This document shows, one piece after another, positions 46,915-57,318 of a DNA stretch of 62,645 bases (position 1 is the first letter of the stretch; each line of letters begins with the position of its first letter). This DNA comes from a virus (Duplodnaviria; Caudoviricetes): positions 1 to 62,645 of IMG/VR virus record IMGVR_UViG_3300028883_000508; one strand, 5' to 3'. The translations under genes were made by a program, and so were the position numbers. The notes beneath the pieces were generated by a model. It made no database searches, was not told the DNA's origin, and saw only the letters and a list, made by a program, of their open reading frames with translations.

Positions 46915-46944
46915 TTAACATTTTAATTCAATATGTGTTATAGT
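46915..46944 (+). promoter_or_regulatory. TTAACA-N18-TATAGT promoter upstream of gp32
   Basis: TTAACA 46915, TGT, TATAGT 46939. Confidence 0.6.
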
Positions 46945-46998
46945 ATAAAAAAATAAAAAACTTGTATTGTTTATTACATACAGGGAAGGAGAAGTATA

Positions 46999-48006
46999 AT
47001 GAGTAAATGGATTAAAAAGGAATTATTTGAAAGTTTTGTAAAAGAAAAGATTAAAGAAAAAGATACAACTCAAGGTGGATTTAGAAGATCGGATTTACTT
47101 TGGGAAACTCCTGAAAAGGGTACTATTGAACAAGCAAAAGTCTATGAAGGTAGATTTGTTCCAGATCCTACAGGAGAGTTTTATAAGAGGTACTACTATC
47201 ATTTTTGGCAATCAGGGGATAATTGGATTTTTGTTTTATGTCCAAAAACTCATGATTTTAAAGAATATTGTCCATTCTGTTCTTCAACAGCTAAACTTTA
47301 TAATGGTTCATCTCAAGACAAGAAACAAGCATATAATCTTAAACGAAAAGAAAGATATGTTGGTAATTGGTATATTGTGAAAGATCAAAGAGATGATGAT
47401 AGAGATTCAGAAAAGAAAGTTGTTGGTAAAGTAAAACTTTATGAATTTCCATCTGTTGTAGAAAAAAAATTGAAGAAAGAAATTACAGATAGAGATCAAG
47501 GATATGGTCCTCAAGTTTTTGATCCATCAGAAAATGGCAGAAACTTTATTCTTAATGTTCTTTCTACAAAGAAACAAGAAGATGGTAGACAATGGCCTGA
47601 TTATTCAAATTCTGATTTTTCAAGAAGACAATCTTCTTTGGGTACTGAAGAAGAAATTGATGCTTTTATGAAAACATGTGTTAATCTTAATGATTATATT
47701 AAGTCAATGGAAACGGATAAGGATAAACAGGTAGAAATTCTTAAAAATGAATTTCTTTGGGAACTTGTTGAAGCAGAATGTCTTGAAAGGGGATATTTAG
47801 ATGTAGAAACATCTACATCTGCATCTAATCAAGAAGAAAAGAAAGAAGAAAAGAAAGAAGAAAAGAAAGAAGAAGATTCTTTTGATTCTGGAAAAGTTGA
47901 AAAGAAAGAAGAAAAGAAAGAAGAAAAGAAAGAGGAATCAAAACCCGAAAAATCAGAAGATGATTATGATGATGATGATTTGCTTGCAGAATTAGATAAT
48001 TTATAA
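46999..48006 (+). CDS. gp32: ssDNA-binding protein, T4 gp32-like
   Basis: RFVP, HFWQ, CPKT...CPFC, GKVKLYEF, FDP..GRNF, PDYSNSDF, acidic tail DDDDLLAEL. Confidence 0.9.
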   Translation: MSKWIKKELFESFVKEKIKEKDTTQGGFRRSDLLWETPEKGTIEQAKVYEGRFVPDPTGEFYKRYYYHFWQSGDNWIFVLCPKTHDFKEYCPFCSSTAKLYNGSSQDKKQAYNLKRKERYVGNWYIVKDQRDDDRDSEKKVVGKVKLYEFPSVVEKKLKKEITDRDQGYGPQVFDPSENGRNFILNVLSTKKQEDGRQWPDYSNSDFSRRQSSLGTEEEIDAFMKTCVNLNDYIKSMETDKDKQVEILKNEFLWELVEAECLERGYLDVETSTSASNQEEKKEEKKEEKKEEDSFDSGKVEKKEEKKEEKKEESKPEKSEDDYDDDDLLAELDNL

Positions 48007-48021
48007 AGGAGATAGTTTGCT

Positions 48022-48303
48022 ATGGAAAAATCTGAATGTAGTGGAGAGATAAATGAATTAACCTTAATAGATGAAAAAAATATTGCATGGCAAACAATAA
48101 GATGGAAGAATAGAAGGAGAATGGCATGGTGTTCTGTATGGGCATTGTTATCTATAATCCTTCTATTCTTTTTTGCTCCTATTTCTGATACAAGATTGTC
48201 TATTATTGTTGAACCTATATCATTGATGGCATTTGTTTTTGGTGGTGTTATTGCATCATATATGGGTTTTACTGCAATGGAAAAATGGAAAATGGGTAAA
48301 TAA
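48022..48303 (+). CDS. Two-TM membrane protein (holin-like)
   Basis: WKNRRRMAW followed by two hydrophobic helices. Confidence 0.55.
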   Translation: MEKSECSGEINELTLIDEKNIAWQTIRWKNRRRMAWCSVWALLSIILLFFFAPISDTRLSIIVEPISLMAFVFGGVIASYMGFTAMEKWKMGK

Positions 48304-48316
48304 AAAGGATATAAAT

Positions 48317-48607
48317 ATGCCATATACAAAACAAAAAGATAGAACAATGCATGAAGTTATTGATGAACTTGTTGAACATCATATAAAAGTAAAAGGTGAT
48401 TTGAATTATACAATTTGTGAACTTGTTGGTCAATTATGTCTTAGAGATGGTGGATTAAGTTATACATCTACAAGTAATTGGATTGATGGTGTTCATGGGG
48501 CTGAAAGAGAACTTACTAGAAGATTACTTGGTCCTTATGAAGATTTGAAAGCTAAACAAAATGGTGATGTTGAGAGTTTTATTGAATTATTGAGAACAAT
48601 GAAATAG
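48317..48607 (+). CDS. Hypothetical phage protein
   Basis: MPYTKQ..R, GDLNY, ELTRRLLGPYEDLK..NGDV; start reassigned to the ATG with AAGGA. Confidence 0.75.
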   Translation: MPYTKQKDRTMHEVIDELVEHHIKVKGDLNYTICELVGQLCLRDGGLSYTSTSNWIDGVHGAERELTRRLLGPYEDLKAKQNGDVESFIELLRTMK

Positions 48608-48616
48608 GAGTGTTTA

Positions 48617-51409
48617 ATGAAATTAAGTAATATGTTGAAGAAGGAATCTCAAGTTATTTCTAATGATGATAAAGTAGGAAATAGAAAGGATTGTACTGAT
48701 TTATTGATATCAGCAAGATTTGGTGAAGATCATTTACATCATATTTTACCTGCACAACCTGTAGTAGATCAAATTGTAGATGATTTATTGGCTTATACTT
48801 CAGAAAAATTCAATAAAAACATTGGAAAATCATCTGATAAAAAAGAAGAAACAAATAAAGCACCAGAAGAAGTTATATTTCATAATAGACAAGCTTTTGG
48901 TGATATTCTAACTATGACTTGTGCTATAAGGGATTTTAAAGCTAAATTTCCAAAAACAAGAGTTGGTGTTCATACAACAGCTATGCATATTTGGGATAAC
49001 AATCCTCATATAGATCATTCATTCAGAATGGGATCATTATCATCTAATAAAGCTACAGTAAAAATTGGTCCTGGTTTTTTGACTAATAAATCAGGTTTAT
49101 GGGATTACCATATGGCAAATGCTTTTCGTATGGATATTCAAAATAAAATGAATCTTAAATTTACTCAAGGACCAATTAAACCTGATATTTGGTTTACTCA
49201 AGAGGAATATGATAGAAAACCTTTGATTGATGGTCCTTATTGGATTTTTATTTATGGTGGTGAACCTGGATGGCCTAGTAAACAATATCATAGATGGCAA
49301 GAGGTAATTGATATTTTAAAAGATGATATTCAGTTTGTTCAATTGGGTGTAAAGGGGCATCCATATCCAAGACTTAAAAATGTCATAGATTTTGTTGGTC
49401 GAACTGAAGATAGAAATACAGGTATAAGGGATCTATTTAATATTTTTCTTCATTCTCAAGGTTCTATGGGGCTTGTATCTATGCATATGCATCTTTCAGC
49501 GGCATTTAATAATCCTTGTGTTGTTTTAGCTGGTGGAAGGGAACCTGCTTCTTTTACTCAATATTATGGGCATCAATATGTACAAACTAATGGTGTATTG
49601 CCTTGTGTTGAAACAAAGGCATGTTGGGCTTGTAAACTTGAAGGATGTAAAAATTTAGTTGATCCAACTAATCCACCAACTGAAGGTCATAATACTTTAA
49701 AAATTCCTAAATGTGTTGATATTATTGATCCTGAAGAAATAGCTGAAGGTGTTAGAAAATATTATAAGGGTGGTAGACTTGAGTATGGAAAGAAAATTCC
49801 TAATAAATTTTTTAAAAATATAGTAAGAGAAAAGAAAATATTTAGTGTTCCTAAGACTGATAAAGTAGATAATTCTATTTTAAAGAATTATGGGTTTGAA
49901 TGGGGTGGGGGTAGTGTTACTAATAGAGATTGGTTATTTATGTGTGATGTTTTTAAAACATATAATGTCAAATCTGTTCTTGAATTTGGAGCAGGTTTAT
50001 CTACATTACTTATAGGAAATAAAATAGATACTGTTGTAACATTTGAAACACAAAAAGAATGGATAAAAAAGATAAGTGAATTAGCAACAGGAAGCAATAA
50101 TCATATTTTTCATTGGGATGGAAGAAATATTGATATAAATACTGATGATTTTAAAGATATACAATTTGATTTAGCTTTTGTGGATGGTCCTGCTGGTGGA
50201 CAAAATAGAGAATTTTCTACTAAATATGCATCTGAATTGTCTAATCTTGTTATTGTTCATGATGCTGGTAGGGAATGGGAAAGAAAATGGCAAGAAAAAT
50301 ATCTATCGAAAGATTTTAATATGGTTTCAAAAGGTGGGCATCGTTGTCATTTTTGGGTAAAAAAAGAAATATGTAATAAACAAAAGAAAAAACATGATGC
50401 AGAAGTAAAAGCAAAAATTGAAAATGATGATAGAAAATCTTTTAGAATGATTACAACATGTAGAGGATTTGGTGGTTCTGAAAGATCATCTCTTTTTATT
50501 ATGAATGATATGCTTAGTAGGGGATATAGAGTTGAACTTATTTCTACTGGTAATATTTCAGGTGAATATAAAAAGAATATTCCAAGTGATGTTATTGTAA
50601 GACCGTGGAATGATATGAAAGAACCTGTTGATATTGTTACTTTTTATGCTTCTGATACAATTTGGAATTATAATAAACCTCAATATCTTGATATAATGGA
50701 TAAATTGAATTGTAAGAGAAAAGTATTTATTTTAAACTATCAATTGGGTGGGGCAGGTAAAGTAGAATGGACAAAAAATTGGGATTTATATATGTTCCTT
50801 AATTCTACTAAAGAAAGTGAATTAAGAAAAGTATATCCTGATTTTAAATCAAAAATTCTTCCACCACCTACTGATTTAGATTCATTTTTCAAAATAAATG
50901 TTGATTATAATACTCCAATTAAACTTATAAGACATAATTCTCAAAAAGATGCTAAACATCCTGAATATACTAATGAATTGATTATACAGATTTTGGATGA
51001 AATAAGTGATAATATTCAGTTTTATTATATGCCAGCAAGAAGCACAACATTTAATCATCCTAATGTTCATAAGTTTAGAGTAAATCAAATTCCTGTACCT
51101 GAATTTTTATCTAATGGTAATTTATTTTGGTATCATTTACCACCTGGATATCAAGACCAAGGACCAAGAGTTATTATAGAAGCTATGGCTTGTGGATTGC
51201 CTTGTATTGGTGATAATTCTTATGGTGCTAAAGACAGGATTACTCCTGAAACTGGATGGTTATGTGATGATGTGAGTGATTATATTGAAGTAATAAAGGA
51301 AATAAATAATAATCCATCTGTTTTGAAACAGAAAGGTGAAGCTGCAAGAGAAAGAGCTAAAGCTGAATTTGTTCCTACAAGATGGGCAGATTGCATCATA
51401 GGGGAATAA
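48617..51409 (+). CDS. Multidomain GT9-like glycosyltransferase / SAM methyltransferase / GT4-like glycosyltransferase
   Basis: FGDIL...MHLSAAF (GT9); VLEFGAGLST...AFVDGP..VHD (MTase); GFGGSE...RVIIEAMACGLP (GT4). Confidence 0.85.
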   Translation: MKLSNMLKKESQVISNDDKVGNRKDCTDLLISARFGEDHLHHILPAQPVVDQIVDDLLAYTSEKFNKNIGKSSDKKEETNKAPEEVIFHNRQAFGDILTMTCAIRDFKAKFPKTRVGVHTTAMHIWDNNPHIDHSFRMGSLSSNKATVKIGPGFLTNKSGLWDYHMANAFRMDIQNKMNLKFTQGPIKPDIWFTQEEYDRKPLIDGPYWIFIYGGEPGWPSKQYHRWQEVIDILKDDIQFVQLGVKGHPYPRLKNVIDFVGRTEDRNTGIRDLFNIFLHSQGSMGLVSMHMHLSAAFNNPCVVLAGGREPASFTQYYGHQYVQTNGVLPCVETKACWACKLEGCKNLVDPTNPPTEGHNTLKIPKCVDIIDPEEIAEGVRKYYKGGRLEYGKKIPNKFFKNIVREKKIFSVPKTDKVDNSILKNYGFEWGGGSVTNRDWLFMCDVFKTYNVKSVLEFGAGLSTLLIGNKIDTVVTFETQKEWIKKISELATGSNNHIFHWDGRNIDINTDDFKDIQFDLAFVDGPAGGQNREFSTKYASELSNLVIVHDAGREWERKWQEKYLSKDFNMVSKGGHRCHFWVKKEICNKQKKKHDAEVKAKIENDDRKSFRMITTCRGFGGSERSSLFIMNDMLSRGYRVELISTGNISGEYKKNIPSDVIVRPWNDMKEPVDIVTFYASDTIWNYNKPQYLDIMDKLNCKRKVFILNYQLGGAGKVEWTKNWDLYMFLNSTKESELRKVYPDFKSKILPPPTDLDSFFKINVDYNTPIKLIRHNSQKDAKHPEYTNELIIQILDEISDNIQFYYMPARSTTFNHPNVHKFRVNQIPVPEFLSNGNLFWYHLPPGYQDQGPRVIIEAMACGLPCIGDNSYGAKDRITPETGWLCDDVSDYIEVIKEINNNPSVLKQKGEAARERAKAEFVPTRWADCIIGE

Positions 51410-51411
51410 TT

Positions 51412-52011
51412 ATGGAAAATATTAGAAGTTCATATAAAGACAATGATTATGGTAATGTTTTTAGAGCATTAATTTTAGCTCAAAAACCAAATTTAGTTGT
51501 GGAATGTGGAGTTCTTGATGGATATTCAACATTTAATATAGGTCAAGCAATAAAATTTAATAGAGAAAAAAGAAATATAATTTGTTCTTTTTTTGCATAT
51601 GATCTTTGGGAAGATTATGAATATAAACATGGTGATTATTCTGAAGTAGAAAATATGTTAAATGAACAAGGATTGGATGATTATGTTTTTTTAACTGAAG
51701 GGGATGCTTTTTTTGTTTATAATGTATTTGAAGATAAATCAATTGATTTTCTTCATATGGATATTTCTAATAATGGGGATACTATTATTAAAACATTAGA
51801 ATTATGGGGGGATAAAATATCAGATAATGGTATAATTGCTTTTGAAGGTGGGTCTGAAGATCGTGATAATGTTGAATGGATGATTAAATATGGATTTCCA
51901 TCAATAAGGGAAGTATTAATTAATAATCCTATAGTATATGAAAATTGGGATGTTCAGATACTTGATTCATTTCCTTCAATGTCTTTATTGTTTCCTAAAA
52001 AGAGAAAATAA
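51412..52011 (+). CDS. Class I SAM-dependent methyltransferase
   Basis: VVECGVLDGYST, YDLW, IDFLHMD. Confidence 0.8.
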   Translation: MENIRSSYKDNDYGNVFRALILAQKPNLVVECGVLDGYSTFNIGQAIKFNREKRNIICSFFAYDLWEDYEYKHGDYSEVENMLNEQGLDDYVFLTEGDAFFVYNVFEDKSIDFLHMDISNNGDTIIKTLELWGDKISDNGIIAFEGGSEDRDNVEWMIKYGFPSIREVLINNPIVYENWDVQILDSFPSMSLLFPKKRK

Positions 52012-52205
52012 TGAATTACGATGATATTTTAGGAATATATGAGATATGTGAAAGATGTGGTGAAGAAGTGGGAGAAAAATATAGACAAAATACATTTTAT
52101 CCAAATGAAAATGATAATTGGGTTGTGTTATGTAAATTATGTAGAAAAGAAAATGATGAATATTGGGCTGAAATGTGGAGAGAATATTATAGTGGATGTT
52201 TATGA
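52011..52205 (+). CDS. Small zinc-finger protein
   Basis: CERC...LCKLC. Confidence 0.65.
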   Translation: MNYDDILGIYEICERCGEEVGEKYRQNTFYPNENDNWVVLCKLCRKENDEYWAEMWREYYSGCL

Positions 52206-52218
52206 GAGGTAAAAAATA

Positions 52219-52863
52219 ATGAGTATAACAGCTATTAATGAATATCATAAGCTTTATGAGAGTAATAGAATATGGGAAAAGAATTCATTTTTTGGTATAC
52301 CTATGTGGAAATTACCAATGGATGCTTTTGTTATTCAAGAGTTGATAATTAAAACAAGACCAGAATATATTATTGAAACTGGAACAGGGCATGGTGGGTC
52401 TGCTTTATTTTATGCTTCTATTTGTGAATTATTAGGAGAAGGTAAAGTAATTACAATTGATATAAAAAATTATCATAAGTCAATTGAACAAATACAAAAA
52501 TATAAATGGTCTGATAGAATTAAATTTATAAATGGTGGTAGTACTAATCAGTTAATTGTTGAAGAAGTATATAAAAATGTAGAGAATTCTAAAAAATGCA
52601 TGGTTATTTTGGATTCTTGGCATACTAAACAACATGTATATGATGAAATGAATTTATATTCCCATTTTGTTCCTGTTGGTGGATATATGATTGTAGAAGA
52701 CTCTCATGCTGCTGGTAATCCTGTTCCTTGGGAATGGGATGATGAAGGACCAATGGGAGCAATAAATTTATGGCTTGAAGAAAATAATGAATGGGTTGTG
52801 GATTATGAATGTGAGAAACATCTTTTAACCTTCAACCCTTCTGGTTACTTGCGTAGGATATAA
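52219..52863 (+). CDS. CmcI / rhamnosyl O-methyltransferase family protein
   Basis: PMDAFVIQE, IIETGTGHGGS, VILDSWH, YMIVED, NPSGYL. Confidence 0.88.
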   Translation: MSITAINEYHKLYESNRIWEKNSFFGIPMWKLPMDAFVIQELIIKTRPEYIIETGTGHGGSALFYASICELLGEGKVITIDIKNYHKSIEQIQKYKWSDRIKFINGGSTNQLIVEEVYKNVENSKKCMVILDSWHTKQHVYDEMNLYSHFVPVGGYMIVEDSHAAGNPVPWEWDDEGPMGAINLWLEENNEWVVDYECEKHLLTFNPSGYLRRI

Positions 52864-52882
52864 TATAAAAAAGGAGAGTAAT

Positions 52883-53368
52883 ATGTTTAATGGTAATAGA
52901 AAACTTTGTTATTTAGTAGGTCAAATTTCTCCAAAATATAAAATTACATATGATTGGAGAAAATATGTAATAGATGAAATGAAAGAATATAATGATCAAA
53001 TTGGTTTTATTGATCCATGTGCAAATGCTTTTAACAAAAAATTGGTTCAAAATAAAGAATATGCTGTTACTTTAAAAACAAGAAGTACTGGAATTGATAT
53101 TTTACCACATAAGGATTATACTTTTGTTTTAGAATCAGATATAGCATTAGTTAATATGACTCAATATGATCCAAATAAACCTTTGCTTGGATCATTTTTT
53201 GAGCTTGCTTGGTATTTTGCTAATCCTGAAAAGACAGTAATTGGATTTGCTGATGATTTGGATAGTTATTTATGTCAACATCCTTTTGTTCAGGAAGCAG
53301 TAAATGTTTGGTGTGGTAGTGTTGAGGAAGCAGTATTTATGATGCAGAAATATTTTATAAATGCATAG
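52883..53368 (+). CDS. Nucleoside 2-deoxyribosyltransferase-like protein
   Basis: YLVGQI, DWR, IDP, ESDIALV, GSFFELAW, HPF. Confidence 0.7.
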   Translation: MFNGNRKLCYLVGQISPKYKITYDWRKYVIDEMKEYNDQIGFIDPCANAFNKKLVQNKEYAVTLKTRSTGIDILPHKDYTFVLESDIALVNMTQYDPNKPLLGSFFELAWYFANPEKTVIGFADDLDSYLCQHPFVQEAVNVWCGSVEEAVFMMQKYFINA

Positions 53369-53377
53369 GGGAAAACA

Positions 53378-54481
53378 ATGAAACAAATTCCAATGTTTAA
53401 AGTGGCAATGGAACCAGAAGTAAATCATGATTTATTGAGTGTTATTCATTCAGGATGGATTGGGCAATGTTCTAAAGTTAATGAATTTGAAGAAGAACTT
53501 TCTAAAGTATTTGATAATGATAAGATTCTTACTTTATCTGCTGGTACACATGGATTATCTCTTGCTCTTAGACTTATTGGTGTTGGTCCTGGGGATGAAG
53601 TTATATCTTCTCCATTAACATGTACGGCAACTAATATGCCTATTCTACAACAAGGTGCAGATATAGTTTGGGCAGATGTGAAAGAAGATTTAAATATTAA
53701 TCCTAAATCAATTGAAGAAAATATTACAGAAAAAACAAAAGCTATTATAGTAGTTCATTGGGGGGGATATCCTTGTGATATGAAAGAAATATCTGAAATA
53801 TCAAAAAAATATAATATTCCTGTAATAGAAGATGCTGCTCATGCATATGGAAGTACTTATGAATTACATTTAATAGGAGATTGTTATTATTCTGATTATA
53901 CAATATTTAGTTTTCAAGCTATCAAACATCTTACTTGTGTTGATGGTGGTGCTTTATGTTGTAGAAATTTGGATGATTATAAACGTGGGAAACTTTTAAG
54001 ATGGTATGGAATTGATAGAGAATCACCTAGAACTGATTTTCGGTGTGAGTCTGATATTTTAGAATGGGGGTATAAGTTTCATATGAATGATGTATGTGCT
54101 ACTATTGGTTTAAATAATATGGAACTTGCAAAAGAAAATATATATGTAGCTTCTAATAATGCTAGATGGTATGAAACAGAATTAATTCCATTTAGCGGAA
54201 TTGAGATACCACAAATTTCAGATGATAGAGAATCTTCATATTGGCTTTTTACTATGTTAGTAGAAAATAGATCTGATTTTACTCATATGATGGGCAGTAA
54301 AGGAATTTCTGTATCAAGAGTGCATGAAAGAAATGATAAACATACTTGTTTTTATAAATATAAAAAAGAACTTCCTGGTCTTGAATCTATAATTGATAGA
54401 ATGATATGTATACCTGTTGGATGGTGGGTGACAAAAGAAGATCGTGAATATATTTTGGATTCTATTAAAGGGGGATGGTAA
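53378..54481 (+). CDS. DegT/DnrJ/EryC1/StrS sugar aminotransferase
   Basis: GPGDEVI, VHWGG, VIEDAAHA, FSFQAIKHL, GYKFHM. Confidence 0.93.
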   Translation: MKQIPMFKVAMEPEVNHDLLSVIHSGWIGQCSKVNEFEEELSKVFDNDKILTLSAGTHGLSLALRLIGVGPGDEVISSPLTCTATNMPILQQGADIVWADVKEDLNINPKSIEENITEKTKAIIVVHWGGYPCDMKEISEISKKYNIPVIEDAAHAYGSTYELHLIGDCYYSDYTIFSFQAIKHLTCVDGGALCCRNLDDYKRGKLLRWYGIDRESPRTDFRCESDILEWGYKFHMNDVCATIGLNNMELAKENIYVASNNARWYETELIPFSGIEIPQISDDRESSYWLFTMLVENRSDFTHMMGSKGISVSRVHERNDKHTCFYKYKKELPGLESIIDRMICIPVGWWVTKEDREYILDSIKGGW

Positions 54482-54482
54482 A

Positions 54483-54959
54483 ATGTATGGAGATTTATTA
54501 GATTCTTTAGAAAAAGATATAGATGGTTTAGATATAAATAAGTATAATATATTCTATAGAATTATGGATGATATTATAAATTTAAATAATATAAATAGAT
54601 GTAATAATTCTTCTTTATGTATTTTACCATTAGAAGAATATTTAAAAGAATATTGTACTATAAAATTCAATATTGGAAGACAAATAGGTAAGACAGAATA
54701 TATAAAAAGAAAAGCAAAAGAAAATGATGTTATCATAATTTTAAATAATGCTATGAGAAATTATTTTAGAAATGTTAATTCTGATTTGTTTACAATAAAT
54801 CAATTTTTGAATGAAAAATTTGATAAAAGATATGATTCAATATGGTTTGATAATTTTTCTTTTTGTAGTAGATATATTAGTAAAAGAGAATATATAGAAG
54901 AAGTGTTATATATTAAATTTGCAAAAGATAGAAAACAAACTTTTATTTTATTAGGGTAA
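54483..54959 (+). CDS. Hypothetical protein with P-loop-like motif
   Basis: IGRQIGKT. Confidence 0.55.
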   Translation: MYGDLLDSLEKDIDGLDINKYNIFYRIMDDIINLNNINRCNNSSLCILPLEEYLKEYCTIKFNIGRQIGKTEYIKRKAKENDVIIILNNAMRNYFRNVNSDLFTINQFLNEKFDKRYDSIWFDNFSFCSRYISKREYIEEVLYIKFAKDRKQTFILLG

Positions 54960-54978
54960 TGTTAAGGGATATTTTATT

Positions 54979-55635
54979 TTGGTAATTATAACAGGATTGG
55001 GTAGATGTGGTACTTCAATTTTAATGAAGTATTTAAAGGAAGTTGGTTTTAATATAGGTAAAAATGTAAATTGGCATGATGAAGTAAGGGCAGGATATGA
55101 ACTTTCTACATTTTATACGATTGTTGATGATCTTTATCATAGATACTGTAAGTTTGGTGAACCAATAAATTTAGAAGATGAATGTTTGGGTACTTATTGG
55201 AAGGGAAAGTCTTATAAAGAGGCTTTTAGCTTGATTGATAATGATGATAGACAAGGAAAGGTTGATGTTGTTAAAGATCCAAGAATAACTTGGCATCCTG
55301 ATATTATTGAAGCAATATGGGGTATAAGAAAAGATATTAAATTAATTATATGTCATAGAGATATAGAATCAATTTATAAATCAAGAAAATCTTTACCTAT
55401 ACAATATGATGATCCTAAACCAAGAAAATCTTTGATGGAATATCAAGTAGATTTTGCAGAGTTTTATACAAGAGTTTTAAAATTGGGAATACCATATGAA
55501 TTAATGTTTTTTCCAGATTTTTTAAAAGATTTTGAATATTTATTTTTTTCTTTGGCAAAAGTAGAATTAATCCATGTATATAATAAAGGGTATGAGGTAT
55601 GGGAAAAATTAATTGATGAGGATTTATTAAAATAA
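54979..55635 (+). CDS. Sulfotransferase family protein
   Basis: ITGLGRCGTS 5'-PSB loop, KDPR, ICHRD...S 3'-PB-like. Confidence 0.7.
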   Translation: MVIITGLGRCGTSILMKYLKEVGFNIGKNVNWHDEVRAGYELSTFYTIVDDLYHRYCKFGEPINLEDECLGTYWKGKSYKEAFSLIDNDDRQGKVDVVKDPRITWHPDIIEAIWGIRKDIKLIICHRDIESIYKSRKSLPIQYDDPKPRKSLMEYQVDFAEFYTRVLKLGIPYELMFFPDFLKDFEYLFFSLAKVELIHVYNKGYEVWEKLIDEDLLK

Positions 55636-56264
55636 TGGAACATGAAGGATTAAAGAATTTATATAAACAAGTAGTAAGTGGAAGTTTTAATTGGGATAGA
55701 TGGGGTCTTTTAAGTGTTTTATCAGATTATGTTTTATATTATACTCAAGGAGATATATTAGAAATTGGTTGTGGAGAATCTTCTATTCATTTATCTAAAT
55801 TAGCAGAGAAGTATAATAGAAAATGTTATCATGTAGAATTTTCTAAGAGTGGTGTAGAGAATATGAAAAATACTAAAGGGTATTTTGGTAAAAATTCTCA
55901 AGTGTTTAATATGAAATCTAATGATTTTTTTGATTCTATAAAAATAGCTGGTATTGGAGAACCAAAATTAGCCTTGGCTTTTATTGATGGGGATCATCTT
56001 TATAATCAAGTAAGAAAAGATTTTGTGAATGTTCTTCATTGTATTTGTGAAAATGGATATATATTTTTACATGATACACTTCCACCAACAAAAGATTGGA
56101 TATCAGAAAATAAATGTGGAACAGTATATAAATTAAGACAAGAATTAGAGGAAAGAAAAGATTTAGAAATATTTACTTTTAATAAATCTGCATTTGATGT
56201 TGGTCTTACAATGATTAAAAATAAGAAGCATAGAAAATGGGAAAATAATGGTATCAAAAAGTGA
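55635..56264 (+). CDS. Class I SAM-dependent methyltransferase
   Basis: ILEIGCGES, AFIDGDH, GYIFLHDT. Confidence 0.85.
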   Translation: MEHEGLKNLYKQVVSGSFNWDRWGLLSVLSDYVLYYTQGDILEIGCGESSIHLSKLAEKYNRKCYHVEFSKSGVENMKNTKGYFGKNSQVFNMKSNDFFDSIKIAGIGEPKLALAFIDGDHLYNQVRKDFVNVLHCICENGYIFLHDTLPPTKDWISENKCGTVYKLRQELEERKDLEIFTFNKSAFDVGLTMIKNKKHRKWENNGIKK

Positions 56265-57318
56265 TAAATATATTAAAAATAATCCATTATCAAAAACAGA
56301 TACAGCTATTATAGTTACATCTTATGTTGGTCATTTAATCTTTTTAAAAAATACATTACAAAAATATAAAGAAACAGGTAAATATGTCATATGTTCTTAT
56401 GATAGACATAATGATATTGTTCCAAATGATATAATGAATATACCTGATGCATGGGTATTTAAACATGAAACATTTGGTGCTGAAAAAAGAAATGGGTGGT
56501 TATGGGATATAGTATATGCTGCTGGAATAATAAACATATTTCCTAATATAAAATATATTTTTACAGTAAATGGTGATTGTATTTGGGAAACTCCACAAAA
56601 TATTGATGATATAATAAAGTTATTAGGTGATAATGATATAATGAGTGCTTCTTCTGGTGGTGGAATGATTCATACTTGTAATGTTATTTGGAAAAGAGGA
56701 TGTTTTTTACTTTTTATTGATAATTTAAGAAAAAAACTTAATAATAATATACCTGAATCATATTCTCCTGAAGTTCTTTTAAGAGATTATGCAAAAGAAA
56801 TGGGAATTAAAAATAAAGTAGTTTCTAAACAACCTTTATATCCTAAAAATCATTTTTATGAGGGTAAAGTAGATCATTATAGTGCATATAATCAAGATTC
56901 TACATGGAAAGAGATTTTAGGATATAGAAATCTTGGTGCTGAACATAAAGCTTCTTGTCTTGAACATTTAGAACCTGTTGAAAAAAAATATATTGATTTG
57001 AGAAATAATGGTCAATTTTTTAGTAAACATGAAGGAAGTAGTTTATATCAATATTATAATACAGGGGATAGAAGATGGTTATATATGTATTATGATCAAG
57101 GAGAAGATTCTTTTTTTAATAGAAGATATTTTCCATTGGAATATTATGGAAATAAAGTACTACATGATGATTCTATGAGAGAAATATTTGGACCATATAG
57201 TGAACGTGGAAAATGGTTTGATAGATGGAAATATAATAGCTATATAATAAAAGATAAAGAATATGAGAATAGATGGAAGAAATTTATAAAAGAAAAGGGG
57301 TATGATATTTATGAATAA
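56248..57318 (+). CDS. Putative GT-A glycosyltransferase, paralog of 58286-59224
   Basis: AIIVTSY, YIFTVNGDCI, LGDNDIM, TWKEILGYR shared with the paralog. Confidence 0.5.
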   Translation: MVSKSDKYIKNNPLSKTDTAIIVTSYVGHLIFLKNTLQKYKETGKYVICSYDRHNDIVPNDIMNIPDAWVFKHETFGAEKRNGWLWDIVYAAGIINIFPNIKYIFTVNGDCIWETPQNIDDIIKLLGDNDIMSASSGGGMIHTCNVIWKRGCFLLFIDNLRKKLNNNIPESYSPEVLLRDYAKEMGIKNKVVSKQPLYPKNHFYEGKVDHYSAYNQDSTWKEILGYRNLGAEHKASCLEHLEPVEKKYIDLRNNGQFFSKHEGSSLYQYYNTGDRRWLYMYYDQGEDSFFNRRYFPLEYYGNKVLHDDSMREIFGPYSERGKWFDRWKYNSYIIKDKEYENRWKKFIKEKGYDIYE

